Shown here one piece after another: positions 13,157 through 27,800 of a stretch of 64,000 nt of DNA (position 1 is its first letter; every line of letters begins with the position of its first letter). The position numbers were made by a program, and so were the translations under genes. The notes under the pieces are model-generated. The model was given only the letters and a program-made list of their open reading frames with translations. It was not told the DNA's origin and made no database searches. This DNA comes from Octopus sinensis (lineage: Eukaryota): positions 139,128,001-139,192,000 of the forward strand of contig NC_042999.1 in assembly GCF_006345805.1 (NCBI RefSeq). The letters are read 5' to 3'.

Positions 13157-16100
13157 CATACACACAGACATACATAAATGTATGCATATCCAAACTCATT
13201 TACATTCATCTACCTTGTCTATCTATCTGTCTGTCTGTCTCCCTCCCCTTCCTCCTTCTTTCTCCCCCCCTTCCTTGAAAACAGAAAACAGTTTTTTTTG
13301 TTCTTTTGCTTATGCTTTATAACTATTAATATCAGTTTTCCTTGGTTATGACTTCGGTATTTTGCAGTTGTTGTTGTTTTTGAGTTATGTGATTTACTAA
13401 ATGAAAGAACACAATGACTCTCATGAGATTTGAACTGATGATTTTACTGTGTTTAGCAGTACAGAATCTTAGCTACTTAGCCATTCTACTTCATTTTATG
13501 TATGTAAATTCTTCCAGTAAATTCTTTATGATGTTTTTTAACCCTTTTGACACCAACCTGGCTGAAACTGCCTTTGGCTCAGTAGTACAAATGTCTTGTT
13601 TTCAAAAGTTCTGAATTAAAAAATCTTCCACCAAAACTTAGTCGCAATTTATATTTCTAACACTAGCTAAGTTATTTTACTAAATTATTTGTTATATTTA
13701 AAATTAATTGAAAGAAATACAGAGCATCTCAACAGAAATATGGTAACAAAAGGGTTAAGGAAATTTGTCTTTCACCTTCATAAAGTTTACTTTTTACCAT
13801 CTACAATATAATCTGCCTTTCTGTTATTAGGATGGCTTCCACTGTTCATTATTAGTGAAGAGGTAAAATGCTAGATCACTGGACTAAATGTCTTAAGCTG
13901 TTTTTTTTTTAACAATATGTAACTGGGAAAGAGTAGTATACCCGTAAGATTCTTATGATTTTTTTCCTGTTACTGTTAGATTGATCACTTTTCTGACAGT
14001 GTCATCTTGCTCCACTCATTAATGTATTTTCACTTTTATACTTTTATTTTGCAGATACAAGCAGTTACTTATTTATTTATTCATATTCAAACACTGAAAA
14101 TATATTTGAGATGAAGTCTCCTCAAGCTTTTGTGAAAGGAAATTCAAGTGTCAGCTTTAAATACAAAATGACCGAATATACAAAAGAAATTGCAGTGTTT
14201 ACTTATGATGCTAAGTCAAGAAATAACATTTGGTCTTCAAATTACAATAATATTACAGAATTCACAACAGCTTGTATAAATTTCCAATTTTCACAGGAAA
14301 TAGGGCTGGGCTTTCAGATGACTGCAAATACAAATGCATCCATGAAGGAATATGCTTATTTGGATTATATTTCCATAAGTAATACAACATGTGAATGTAA
14401 GATTCATTTTTCCATTCTAAATGCAATTCATATATTACAGATCTTTTGTATCCATTTAATATGTTTGAAATTGTAGAAAATTTTTAGCTGCAAATAATTA
14501 TTTTACAGAAATGGATTCCCTAGTAATACAAACCAAGTAGTCTTTATATGAAATTGTTGGCAAACTGTTAAAAAATATAGTAACAAAGTGCAGTGGGGAT
14601 GGAATTTATATTTTTATCATAATCTTAAAATTTGTCATTTGAAACCGTTTCATAATAAACTGTTTATTTGCTAAATTTTATCAGTTTAATGATTATAATA
14701 AACATAAATTTTGCATAAGTAATGCGTCTTTACAATTATCTATATATATTCTTTAAAGCATCAGTACACAGCAGGTTTATTTGTGCAAAATTAGCCATGG
14801 AAGCAATTGTTATCGTTGCTGAATCACTGATTTCTATAAAACCTATCTGAGAAACAATAAATAACTCAAAATCTGAAATTGCAAGATGAAACTTTATACT
14901 AACACTCGAGAGTGAGTCCATTAAACACAGCTAGTGTAAAATAATTTTTTGCATTTATTTGATCTTTTACTGATCTTATGAATTTCAGCAAAATTCTTCA
15001 GCTGTGCTTTTGAAGATACAAATATGTGTGGTTTTAAAAGTTTCCCAGAAAGAGCTTCTTGGACTTTAAGTAATGGTTTGTCTGGTGAAAGACCAAAACT
15101 TGATCATTCAGAAAGAACTTATGAAGGTAAAATATATTTTGATAATTAAACTACTTGCTGTTTTAAAGTCTATTTTTCTACAATAGCATATGTTGGAAAT
15201 GACTGCAACAGGTATTACTCCTAACGTATATCAATCTTTCATTTTTATATGATTTGATCTGTAATGTTCAATTGTCTCAGTTCTGATTTAACTACTTCTC
15301 AATCTATGCTTGACTTCTAAATGCATTTCCACTATCTTCATCTAGTATTCACTCTCATTACTACAAGCATGTTCTAAATCCAGTTAATAATTAACTTATA
15401 CAATGGACAGTACTCAAGTAATTACTATTTCATCACTGAAGAATAAGTACTGGTTCTTTTATATCTCATTACTGTATAATATCATACATCTTACACTTAT
15501 CTTTCATGCAGGAAAAAGAACATTTTCTTACTAATGAATGTATTAATTTTAAAAGCATTTTTCACTCACTTTAAATGCTTGGTCACAGATGATGAGGATA
15601 TTTATAAAAAATATTTTATTTTCTAGGTCTATATGTGATGTCGAGTTCTAGAGGGTTAAGCCGTCTAGAATTACCAACAATAACCATGGAAAATACTTTC
15701 TGTTTGAACTTTTATTATACATTCTTTGGTAATGGCAATGTGTCAGTCTATAACAACGATACTTTCCTAATGGGTCTTTCTAAATTTGATGTCGATAACT
15801 GGAGGAATGTCAAAATTACTCTACCAAAAGGGAGACACAATATTTCTTATATATACTGGAAAAACAACACATATGGAACTGTGGCATTTGATAGTGTTTC
15901 AACAACCCCAGGAAAGTGTTCACATACAGGTAAGACCAAGCAAATTTTTATTTTTCTAGATATATTTATTGTGAGCAATAAGCAAATATCATTAAAGAGG
16001 ATATGACAAGTACATGTATACACAAATATACAAACTGGCTGCAATAGTTCATACATTTCATTTGCAATTTCTTCTTTATATTAAAAAAAAAAAAACTTGT

Positions 16101-19100
16101 ATTTCAATCATATGAAACCTAACAACACTTAAAGGAAGGTATGCATAGAATACAAACAAATCAAAAGATCTGGTCTCATTCAGCAGTATCATTAAAAGAT
16201 ATCTTTCTTATCTACATTTAGTTGACGATCTTCAAATTTAATTGAAGTTCTTGAGACAATTATACTCATCACCTGTGTTTCTCTTTAAACAAGAATTTAA
16301 ACTAGTAGGCCTGTGATGAAAATTAGGTATTTTATTCTTAAAATTGTACATTGTATCAGGCTGAACTTTTACTTCAGAGCATTTTTTCTAAAGAGTACTT
16401 ATACAATAATTGTTAAGTATTGACAGCAAGCACTATGTACTATTATTAATTTCATTATTTCTTTTCCATTTAAAAGACTGTGGAGAAAACTGGAAACCTT
16501 GTAATAATAACTACACATGCTACCCTTATACAGCAAAATGTGATGGGATAAACAATTGCCCTGATGGAGAAGATGAATTTAATTGTACAAGTAAGTGTTA
16601 TGAACATTTAGTTTTGTTCAAATAGATCTTTTCAGAAAAAGTGATAAATTCCAAAAATTATTTTTGGTTGTTAGGATTAGCATTTAAAAAAAAGAAAAAA
16701 AGGTTTAAACATTCATTTCAAGAAATATTATTTTCATTATGATGATGATGATATTTCTCATCGTCTTAATTGTTACCATCTCAGTCATCACTAGTATCAC
16801 AATAATCATAATCATCAAAACTACCACCACTATCACCAGCATCACTACAATTTTCACTGTCACTGCCATCACAAGCATCACCAAGCCAGAAAGAGCAGCA
16901 TACCCAGACTGCAGCACTACTTCTTATGCAATTTAACTGTTGTATGTTGAAGTGTATAATATGGATACATTGATAGGTACAGACATGGTATACCTGTATA
17001 ATGAAGATGAGTTAATGAGAGAAATGTGGAAATGATATATGATTTGAGATGAAACTAGTAAGTGACGATTTATTCTCCATTATAAAATACAATGATTGCC
17101 ATACATGAAATAGAATAACATAACAGGTTACAACAAAGATGTGTGAGAGACTTCATGGTTAGGCTGGACTATTGATCTTGTAGACATAGTTGAATTACTG
17201 TTTGGTAGTGTGTAGAGGCAGCTGTTGGTCTGTTGGTTGTTTGATGTTCATACAGCAATGATGTAGGCAGGGGTCTGGTGTAGATGAAAATGGAAGCTGG
17301 CTGGTGTCAGATACATCGTTGCCAGAGATGAGTAGCATGTGGACAGTGGCATGTGCCAAAAACAAAGCTTAGTCAAGAACTGTCATTCTTATAGAGATCA
17401 GTAGGCTCTTAGAGCTGGTGATTAATTTCCTGTGTAAGAAAAAATGAACTGTTGCACCAACACAATTGGATGGCTGGAAACCAACCAATACGAACTGCAA
17501 ATTTGGCTAATCACCATGTCATGTCACCTGCTGGAATGAAAAGGCTTGAGGAGCCAAGATCCAGGTATTCAAGCCTAGATGAGTCAAAATTAAGAACCGC
17601 ATACATAATGACAGTATAAATTGCCTCTGCTACACATGGAACAGGTAGAACTGCGAGTCACACTTCATCATTCAACTGTTTACTTGAATGCAATAGGTGT
17701 GCTCAATAAAAACTAACCTGCATTTAATCAACAAAAGCAAACAACAGCACCACCACCACTACCACTGCTGCCACCATCACCACATCATCATTATCCTTTT
17801 CATTTTCTATCAAAAGGGTTATAATATTTTAAATAGAAATTAGTGAACTAATTTGTTTTGGAATTGTGAAAAGCCTTTCTTTTCTTTATTATTGTCATGA
17901 GAAAAATCATTAATCTGACACTTTATGCTTGTATATTTGAGTACAAAACCAATTTTTGTAGGATAGATGAAACAGGTAGTTGAACTCACTTCAAAATATT
18001 ACAGTTACTTATTCTAATAATTATAGTGAAATGAAAAGTAAAGCAAATTCTCATTGTATATCAATGTTGACTATAAAAATATAAAATCAAAATATGCAAT
18101 TATTTTTCCTTGCTGCTCTTATTATCACTACTACTTCCATTGCACTTAGGCAAGGAACCAATATTGCAACTGATATTAATGCTTTAAGAAGTAAGAGCTA
18201 GTAGAACACTTAACTGCTCATATTTAATTTCATCTCCCAACATTTTGACTTAAAATCATACCAGAATCAACTTCGCTTTTTATGCATTCAGGGTTAATAC
18301 AAATAACACTAGCAACAATTTGAAATTGAATCTAGTCATAAAATATCAGTAATTGAACAAGCATTTTAGTATAAATCTAGTAAATGTATTTAGGTTAAAA
18401 ATAGTTAACAATGTAAAATAAATACTTAATAGATTTTACTGTCATCTCTCATTAAACTGAACTTAAAGCAATGCCACAGGGATCAGTTGTGCCATTCATA
18501 TCTCCAGGAGCAAATAACATGCACCAGATGAATCTATCACCTTACCTTCAAACATTAGTTTCATCCCTAACCCAGAGTAACCAATATTCCACTCCAAATT
18601 CTTTTTTATTATTACAGGTGGAAAACGAAAATTTAGATTAGTTGGTGGCCAAAGTTTGCTGTCGGGAACAGTGGAAATGCATAATGGTTCACAATACTCA
18701 CCAATATGTGCATACAGATTCTTACTGGAAGGAGTGGAACAGATTTGCTCTGAATTTGAAGTCAAGTAAATATTTTATTGTGTATTTATTACATTCTATT
18801 TATAGTGTTAAAAATGCTAGCTATTTTAAGCAAACCTACAATTTTGACCATATCATTACTAATTATATATATCATCAACACTATCATTGTTTAATGTCTG
18901 CCTTCTGTTCTGACATGGGTTGGACAACTTGACAGGAGTTGGCTATGCAGGAGTCTGCACCAGACTTCTATGTCTGTTTTTGGCATGGTTTTTACAGCTG
19001 GATGTCCTTTCTAACACCAACCACCCAGCAGGGTATATAAAATAAAAGTCAGGCATTAAAATAAATATTGTGGGCAATTCTTTTGATTAAAACCTTTCAA

Positions 19101-19661
19101 TGCAGTGCTCCAGCATAGCTAAAGTCCATTGACTGAAACAAGTAGAAGATAAAAAATAAAAGATACATTAAAAAACAGTTGATATTTCATTTAGAATCTA
19201 CAGATAAAACCCTTTTTTTGTCATAAAGTATTAACTTTTGTCTGATTTTCACCGAGGACTCAACTCCCCTTCCATGACTTATTGTCTGTATTCTCATTTA
19301 TGCTCTTCTTCTTGTACCTTTTGAATTTGCTCTACCACTTCTTTCCTTTTGTCTCCTTCAAGCACGAATCTCTTCTATAACAAGACATTTGAGTTTGTCT
19401 ATCATACTTTAGCCTTTAAACACCTGTGTAAAGCCACCCACTTCCAAATATACCCCTTTCAAATATTCCCTCTTAGTAGTAGGATCTTCTTTCCTTTCCC
19501 TTTTCCCTATTCTTTCCCTATCATGCAAATTACACGACAACCTCATTATTGCTGGTATCACATTAAAAGCACCAGTACACTCTGTAAAGTGGCTGGCACT
19601 AAGAAGAGTATCCAGCCATAGAAACCATATACATACATACATACATACATAATATATGCAA

Positions 19662-19708
<47 letters not shown>

Positions 19709-19985
19709 CATTATATAAAAAGGCTTAGTAAAATAAATTACTTTGCCACATACTGAACTCATTAGAAATAGTAGCTAAAAAAACTTTTTTAAAACTATTT
19801 CTAATAGTTTAAAAAAAGTTTTTTTAGCTACTATTTCTAATGAGTTCAGTATGTGGCAAAGTAATTTATTTTACTAAGCCCTTTTACATAATGTAATAAT
19901 TTGAATTCGCCTTAAATGGTCCCTTTACATACTGAATACTTGGTGAAATTGATTAATAATTAATTAATTTTACCCTCAATTGTTG

Positions 19986-20048
<63 letters not shown>

Positions 20049-21763
20049 CAATATGTATGTATGTATTCAATATATCAATGCAAATAGCTTGGCAATTGCA
20101 TGTAATTAAGATACAGATACAAATGGTGGTGAACCATCATTTGAAAATGAAGATTCAGATTTTTGATCAGCTGAGTTCTGAAGTAATGTATAAGTGGTTG
20201 AGCATACCACAGACAGCATTTAATGTAATCATGGACACAATCACCATGATTCTGTCCTAATGAGTGTAACAAGGAAGTAATTTTTGAATTGCTGGAATAA
20301 CTCATCTACATGGTTTCACTAGTTTCCATCTATCCAATTTCATTCATAAGTTATCTGCGCCTACAAATACAAATAGTTTCCTTTTAGATAAAGCCTATGC
20401 AATATGGGACAGGTACAAAAGCATAAAGATAAAGTGCTGGTCCCTTGACTCCATCTTCATAAATTCAAACTTTATGAAAGAAATTGCCCTTCTGTCCTGC
20501 TCTAAACTCTTCTTTCAGTTTGCTTAACAAAATATAAAATGAAATAGGTTCCATTTGTATTTAATTGTTGAAGGATATCCATCATCATAAAGAAATGCTC
20601 CAATTAAGAAACCATTCAATATATTCAATTATAATTCTGAGTTATAGGTAGGGCATCCATCAATAAAAACCAATTTATCTAACAAACTATCCCACCTATG
20701 CATGCCTCAGTAATGCTACTCTTACTTCTAGCTGATTAATTAGCTGTAAATAGGATATACTGTAGTAAAAACAATTCATCAGACAATCAGATAATTTCAC
20801 ATAAGCAAGAGTGGAAAATGTTTGTAATACTGTAAAAATAAATGGAACATAACATGACAAATAAAATAAATAAAATATGAAATGAATTATGCAAAGTAAA
20901 TGTCTTTCATTTCTTATTACAGTGGGACTGTAACTTTGCAAAAAAAGTTTATATATTTGACTGAAGAATACTTTAATTGTGTTTATCGTGAGTTTAACTG
21001 TTATAAGAGAGAATGTTCAAGCCGCTGTTATTGTTCTTCACTTTATGTGACTTGTTCTAATACAAGTAAGTTATTATCAATTATATTTCCTTTTTTTTTT
21101 ATATGTTGTGATGTATGAGTGTCGAGGAGAAAGTGAACACCTGGTAACTTGAGACCATAATGCAATTTCATTTCCCATTTTAGGTTGCTTTCCTCTCTCT
21201 AAGTTAACAAAAAAACAAAGCATCCATTTTACAACAAAATTGCAAGGATCAAATAAAATAAATATATGAGATTGAAACAGTTGAACACTGTCTACCATTT
21301 CTTAGCAACTATTATAATGTGTCCCTGGGCATGGAGACATTGAAATTCCGATGTCTGGCAGCTGATTTGGCAGATACCCATAAAATTATTAACCATCTTA
21401 CAAACAATAACTCTGAGCACCTTTTCAAACTCCACATGTCTAACACCCGTGGACATGTTTACAAAGTCAGAAAACAGCACAGCTCCCATGACTTTCAGAA
21501 ACATTTTTTCATGCTAAGAGTTGCTGAAGCATGGAACAGACTGCCGGCATCAGTTGTTAGTTGTCTGAGCACTGCATCCTTCAAAAGTTCTATGCTTCCA
21601 GAGATTCGCCAACACTACACCTGATTTTCTCTCCTCCATACACACACAAGCATGTATCAGACTCATACACTGTTCACTTTCCAGACATTTGTACATTACT
21701 GCATATACTATATGCGCACTTTTTGACAAGTTGTGGTGCACATGAGCACTGTATACAATAAGT

Positions 21764-21813
<50 letters not shown>

Positions 21814-24800
21814 TTTTTTTTTTTTTTTTTTTTAACTTAGTCATCTGAGATTATGAAATTTTAATAACTTATTGGAATCATTTCTGGAAAATGATTGGAA
21901 GTGAGAACTTGCAATAAAACTAAGAAAATGGAAAGTAAATTGGTAGAAAATACTGTGATAAATACATTAGTCTTAAGTTTAAAATTTACCATGTTGTCTG
22001 AATTACATTCTTTAGAAGTTGATAAAATAGCAGTGCTGCACTGAGGATTCAAATCGGTTGACTCTACCATCTGCTCTGCATCAGGCCAGATAAACCTGAT
22101 ATATTTCTTCTTGACTAGTTCCTAGATTTATTTCCTCACTAACTACACTTACTGACCTGTTTATTTAATTCTTATAGCCTATTGCAACACTATGTCATCT
22201 GTTACCTAGCTCAATATCTATCTTAACATCATGGTGAGAGAGCATGTGATGATATCTACATAAAAATTACAATTGATTGGTTGCCAGTCATATGATCCAT
22301 TGTCAACATCAAGTTCTATATGTTTATAGAATATTTTATTATAACTCAATTACATATTCGTTTTTTTCTTTACATCTTCAAGCTTGTGAAGAAGGTGAGG
22401 TTAAATGCCCTCCAGGTCGCAATGAAACCAATTCTGCAGATGTATGCATTCGCCAAGAAAGTTTATGTGATGGGGAGATTGATTGCGAAGATGGTACCGA
22501 TGAAGGGATTTGTGGTAAGCAAATAAATATCTTGTTTTAATTAGATATCAGATGATTTTATCATATTTAGCAAATGTGTCATTTAGACTACTTATGGTAA
22601 CTTTGCTTATTAAACAATAGAAGATTTCATTTAATAATATAGTATAATTGACAATATATTGCACAAATTCAGTCATGTAATAGCTGAAAAACTTTTAATC
22701 ACAGGTTTGAGGGATAGAGATTGTCTGGGACTAAATATCAACAATGATGGCAACAGCAACAACAACAAAATGGACATCATATATGATTATAAAAGTTTCA
22801 TTAGTGCAATAAGGGTGATGAATTTTTTATTTTAATTTTCTACTGTCAGATCAATGTACAGATGAACAGTGGCAATGCAGAGATAAGAAGTGTATCAAGA
22901 AAGATCTTCATTGCAATGGTATTAAAGACTGTAAGGATGGTTCAGATGAATTTCATTGCTGTAAGTAGGAAAATGGTTATACATTTTGATTATAAATATC
23001 AATCATTATGGAAAGAATCCTTTGTGTGTTTGTCACTGGTCCTCTATTATCCTTGGTCCTGGGCCAGTCATGCTAGTCTGTTAAATTTGGGAGGAAGCCT
23101 CACACCTAAGGAAAAAACCAAATGAAGCACAGTGTCTGATGCAGTGAATCTTTCTTGTCATTTTGTACTTGGAGCATAGATGAGATAAATTACTCAACAA
23201 AGATGGATTACCACGTGAGGTGGAGGTTGTTTTTGATAGATCGATTTGGTATAGTGCATGTCTGTGCCTTACCCAACAGGATCTTGACAAGAGCTAATCT
23301 CTTAGCTAACACCTTGGCTGAAATCTTTGACCCTGCATTTAGCAAAGTTATGGACATGATATTGTTGAAATCACCCCTTTTGTTTAGGTTCTTACTCAGT
23401 AGCACCATCAAACTCTTTTTGCAGGACTAGGAATTGTCCCAGACAGCTGTCAAGTGGCTCCAGATCAAGACTGGCACACAAAAATAAAGCAGGTAGAACA
23501 GATCATTCAGCCCTGGTGATTTCTCCATTGTGCAGTCAGTCAGTGCTTCCTGTATTTCTTCAGCAGTTATTCCACAGGACTCTGCATCCTCACTTAAAAG
23601 CCACTGCAAGGTATCAATGTAGGTGGTAAAGCTCACACTTGGCTCAGGTCTAGCCAGTTCCAGACAGCTGAGTGAAGTGCCACTGAAAAGCCACACATAT
23701 CTGCTTGGTATCGAGCAGCATGCACTCCTCCCTTTCTGTCACAGAATGAACTGTGGATTTGTTTCTGCATTTCATCTCTGCCACCTGGAACAATCAAATG
23801 GCTTTCATTCGCTCATGCCTTAGAGCATGTGCTCCTGCTTTGATAATGTAGTTTTCATTGCATTGAAGAATCAGTCTTGGGCCAATCTTACTGCCAGCAC
23901 ATTCTTTTTTAAGTGCCTCTTCTAGGTTACTAAGTAGCTCAATCTCTACTCTAGAAGACACCATTACTGATTTCTTACTAAGCCTAATCAATTCTAATCA
24001 AAAAGCCCTTTTTATGGTCGACTATCAATTGTTGTTGAGGATTGCCTCTGTCAACTTCCTCTTAGCTAGGTCTCAAATCCAGTTTCTGTAAACCTGAACA
24101 CCAGGAGAAATGCATTCAGTTTCCAGCAATCAAATAATGCTCTATGCAGCCCATATAGACTGACCATGCAGATCATAAACTTGTGGTATGTGTAACTGAC
24201 AACTTTGAGTTGTAGAGAACTTATATTATCAGTATCTTGGGTAAGAGAATTCTCAGGGTTGCAGATCTGGGTCAAGCATAGGCTGAGCTTTCACAGCCCT
24301 CTGTGCAATGCAGTTGGTGGATGTTCTACCATAAGGTTCTATAGATGATTAATGGAGGGTAAGAGCAAAAACGTCATTGGAGAAACTTTGAGTATTGCGG
24401 AAAATCATCTAGCTGAACACTTCCAGAGTTCATAGATAATTTCCATAAATCTCTTGCATGGCAGTACTACTGGAGATGGGGGTTTGGGTGGGACTGCTGC
24501 TTTGAGATAAACTCTATATGCATGGTAGTATTATCAGCCAGGTCTGCCTGAGATATGTGCAGTGACGAAACTGCCCTGTCTCCACTTGTACATTGTGTGA
24601 GCATTACTGTTCTGTGAAGTTTGTTGAACAATGGCTATCATATGTGGGACAAATCCAGTTATTGACTGACTTCATCATGAATATCATCTTGCTGCCTTTG
24701 TTTGGCTGAGACGGGCAAAAAATTTGTCTCTGTCTTGTGGCAATGGGAGAAGAGGTTGGTGCACATGACTGAAAACACTAAATCAGAATACTTACCTCTT

Positions 24801-27800
24801 ACCAACCACATAGTTCTGGGTTCAGTCCCACTGCATGGCACCTTGGGCAAGTGTCTTCTACTATAGACTCAGGCCAACCAAAGCATTGTGAGTGGATTTG
24901 GTAGATGGAAACTGAAAGAAGCCTGTCATATGTGTGTGTGTGTGTGTGGAAAGATAGTTGAAAGTGGAGAGGGAAGTACTGCTCAACAGGTAAATTTTAA
25001 AACAGTGGGTGAATATAGCATGAATGGCCTGAGTGAATCGACCAACTTAAAACATGCATCTTAAAAGTACAAAAGAGAGAACACTTACCATGATTCTCCT
25101 GGTGAATAGAGTGATTTGGGACCCGTGGGATTCCTTGGTTACCTCTAGGTGGCATTTAACTTCCTGTTGGATAATTTTATTGGGCTTTTCTTTTTAATTT
25201 TAATTAATCATAATAATTTTTATTGTTTACATATATTTATGTAAATCCCCACTCTGCCTTTGTATTGGTATAAATACAGTCAATAAATTATTATTACATA
25301 GGCACAGGTGTAGCTGTGTGGTAAGTAGCTTACTTACCAACCACATGGTTCCGGGTTCAGTCCTACAGCATGGCACCTTGGGCAAGTGTCTTCTACTATA
25401 GCCTTAGGCCAACTAAAGCCTTGTGAGTGGATTTGGTAGATGGAAACTGAAAGAGGCCCATTGTATATATTGTGTATGTGTGTGATGTGTGTGTGGGTGG
25501 GTGGGTGTTTATGTTTGTGTGTGTGTGTTTGTCTCCCCAACATTGCTTGTTATAGTCTATTTTGGAGAGATTTGCACGAGTTGAATATGGTAATTTTGTT
25601 TATGTTTTTTCATTTTTTTCCAGTTAGATACATTGGCAAAACGATTAAATTTTTTTACAATGACTCATATAAATATATCTGTGAAAACAACTTGAAAAAT
25701 GAAAGAATTGCAAAACAGTTGTGTTCCTATGTTGGAAGAAGGTAAGAAAACTGAGTAACACCCTGTTTATTGTTTCTTCCTGTTAATTATAAAAGTACCA
25801 GTATCTTATTCTATAAGGTAATAATATGATATATAATCATATTGGTTTCAAATTTTGGCACACAAGGCCAGCAATTTCAGGAGGGGTAAGTCAATTACAT
25901 CAACCCCAGCACTCAAATGGTACTTATTTTATCAACCTTGAAAGGATGAAAGGCAAAGTTGACCTAAGCAGAATTTAAACTCTGTGCCGGTGGCATGTAA
26001 AAGGCACCATTCAAGTGTGATCGTTACCAGCATCGCCTTACTGGCACCTGTGCCGGTGGCATGTGTAAAAAGATTCGAGCAAGGTCGTTTCCAGTACTGC
26101 CTGACTGGATCCCATGCCGGTGGCACGTAAAAGCACCCACAAGACTCTTGGAGTGGTTGGCGTTAGGAAGGGCATCCAGCTGTAGAAACTCTGCCTGATC
26201 AAGATTGAAGCCTGGTGCAGCCATCTGGTTTGCCAGCCCTCAGTCAAATCGTCCAACCCATGCTAGCATAGAAAGCAGACGTTAAACGATGATGATGATG
26301 ATGATGAATGTAAAGTGGACGAAATGCTGGTAAGCATTTTGCCTGGCATGCTAATGATTCCACCAGCTTGCTACCTTAAGATATATAAAAACATTAAGAG
26401 AATACGATAGAGACTAATGCAACTGAATGTTAAGCCCTTTTGTATCATTCTCTATTTTGATCCTTTTGCATTCTTAGATTTCCAAAATCTGTGATAATGC
26501 AACCAATCTTAAAATGGAATAAGTGTTTTCAGCCAGTAAGACTTTTTTAGAAACTCAAGAAGTAACAAAGAGACATTATGTTCATTGTGACTGTCACCAA
26601 ATTGTGTTACCTGTTTTTCTCCATGTAATGTACTAAAAGTGTAGGTGTGGCTGTGTGGTAAGTAGCATGCTTACGAACCACATGGTTCCAGGTTCAGTCC
26701 CACTGCATGGCACCTTGGGCAAGTGTCTTCTACTATAGCCTCGGTCTGACCAAAGCCTTGTGGATTTGAAAGAAGCCCATCGTATATATATGTGTGTGTG
26801 TGTATATATATATATATATGTGTGTATGTGTGTGTATATGTTTGTGCGTCTGTGTTTGTCCCCCCACCATCGCCTGACAATTGATGCTGATGTGTTTACG
26901 TCCTCGTAACTTAGCGTTTTGGCAAAAGAGACCAATAGAATAAGTATTAGGCTTACAAAGAATAAGTCCTGGGGTCGATTTGCTTGACTAAAGGTGGTGC
27001 TCCAGCATGGCTACAGTCAAATGACTGAAACAAGTAAAAGAGTAAAAGAGATATTGCAGTCAATTTAATCAAAGTCTTTGAATTGCAAGTATTGCAGGTT
27101 TGCTTGAGCTGTTCTTTTTTCTATCAATGACACATTCACCAATCAATGTGATTTATCTATTTGTTTCAGTGTCAAAGTAGAAGTGGAATCTGATGCATTT
27201 TAAGGCATAAACTGTGAAGGCTGTTGATAGTTTAGTTGCATCTATTACGTCTACAAACAACTGTGCTTTAATGCTTCTGTAAATGTCACAACAAATGTTG
27301 TCTATTTTGCATTGTGAGAATCTGTCAGAAGTCACCATCAAACACAACTTTATTATCAAATGACCCATCATGTTGCATTATACCTAAAAATAAAGGATTT
27401 GCTCTTTAAAATAAATAGTTGATGGTGATTTCTGAATAGGTTTTTCAGATGTAGAGTTAAATGAAACATGACAGATTGATGAGCTATAGATTTTTAATGG
27501 AACCTTTGTGAACGAGCAGTTTTTCACTTTTGGAAAGAAATGCAGCAAACCCAGATGAGGCTACAGTCAATATGACCCAGCCTCAGGATTGAACACTTTT
27601 TGATATTGTTCTATGCAAATGCTATCACAACCTGTCAGGGCTTTCAACCAAAAAGTAAGATGATAACTAATTGATGCTGGCTATGATTTTGCTTTATGCC
27701 ACCAGCTGTTTCCCTTTCAACTTCTTGTATAACATGTACTATCATCTTCTTTGTTATCATAACTTAATCCTAATGCATGGTACAAATCATCCTATATTGG

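Noticed and set aside
26478-26535. Apparent exon after an ttcttag acceptor ([19 protein letters not shown])
   Set aside because: Ends in phase 0 or a stop with no compatible downstream exon; exons 15 and 16 complete the frame without it.
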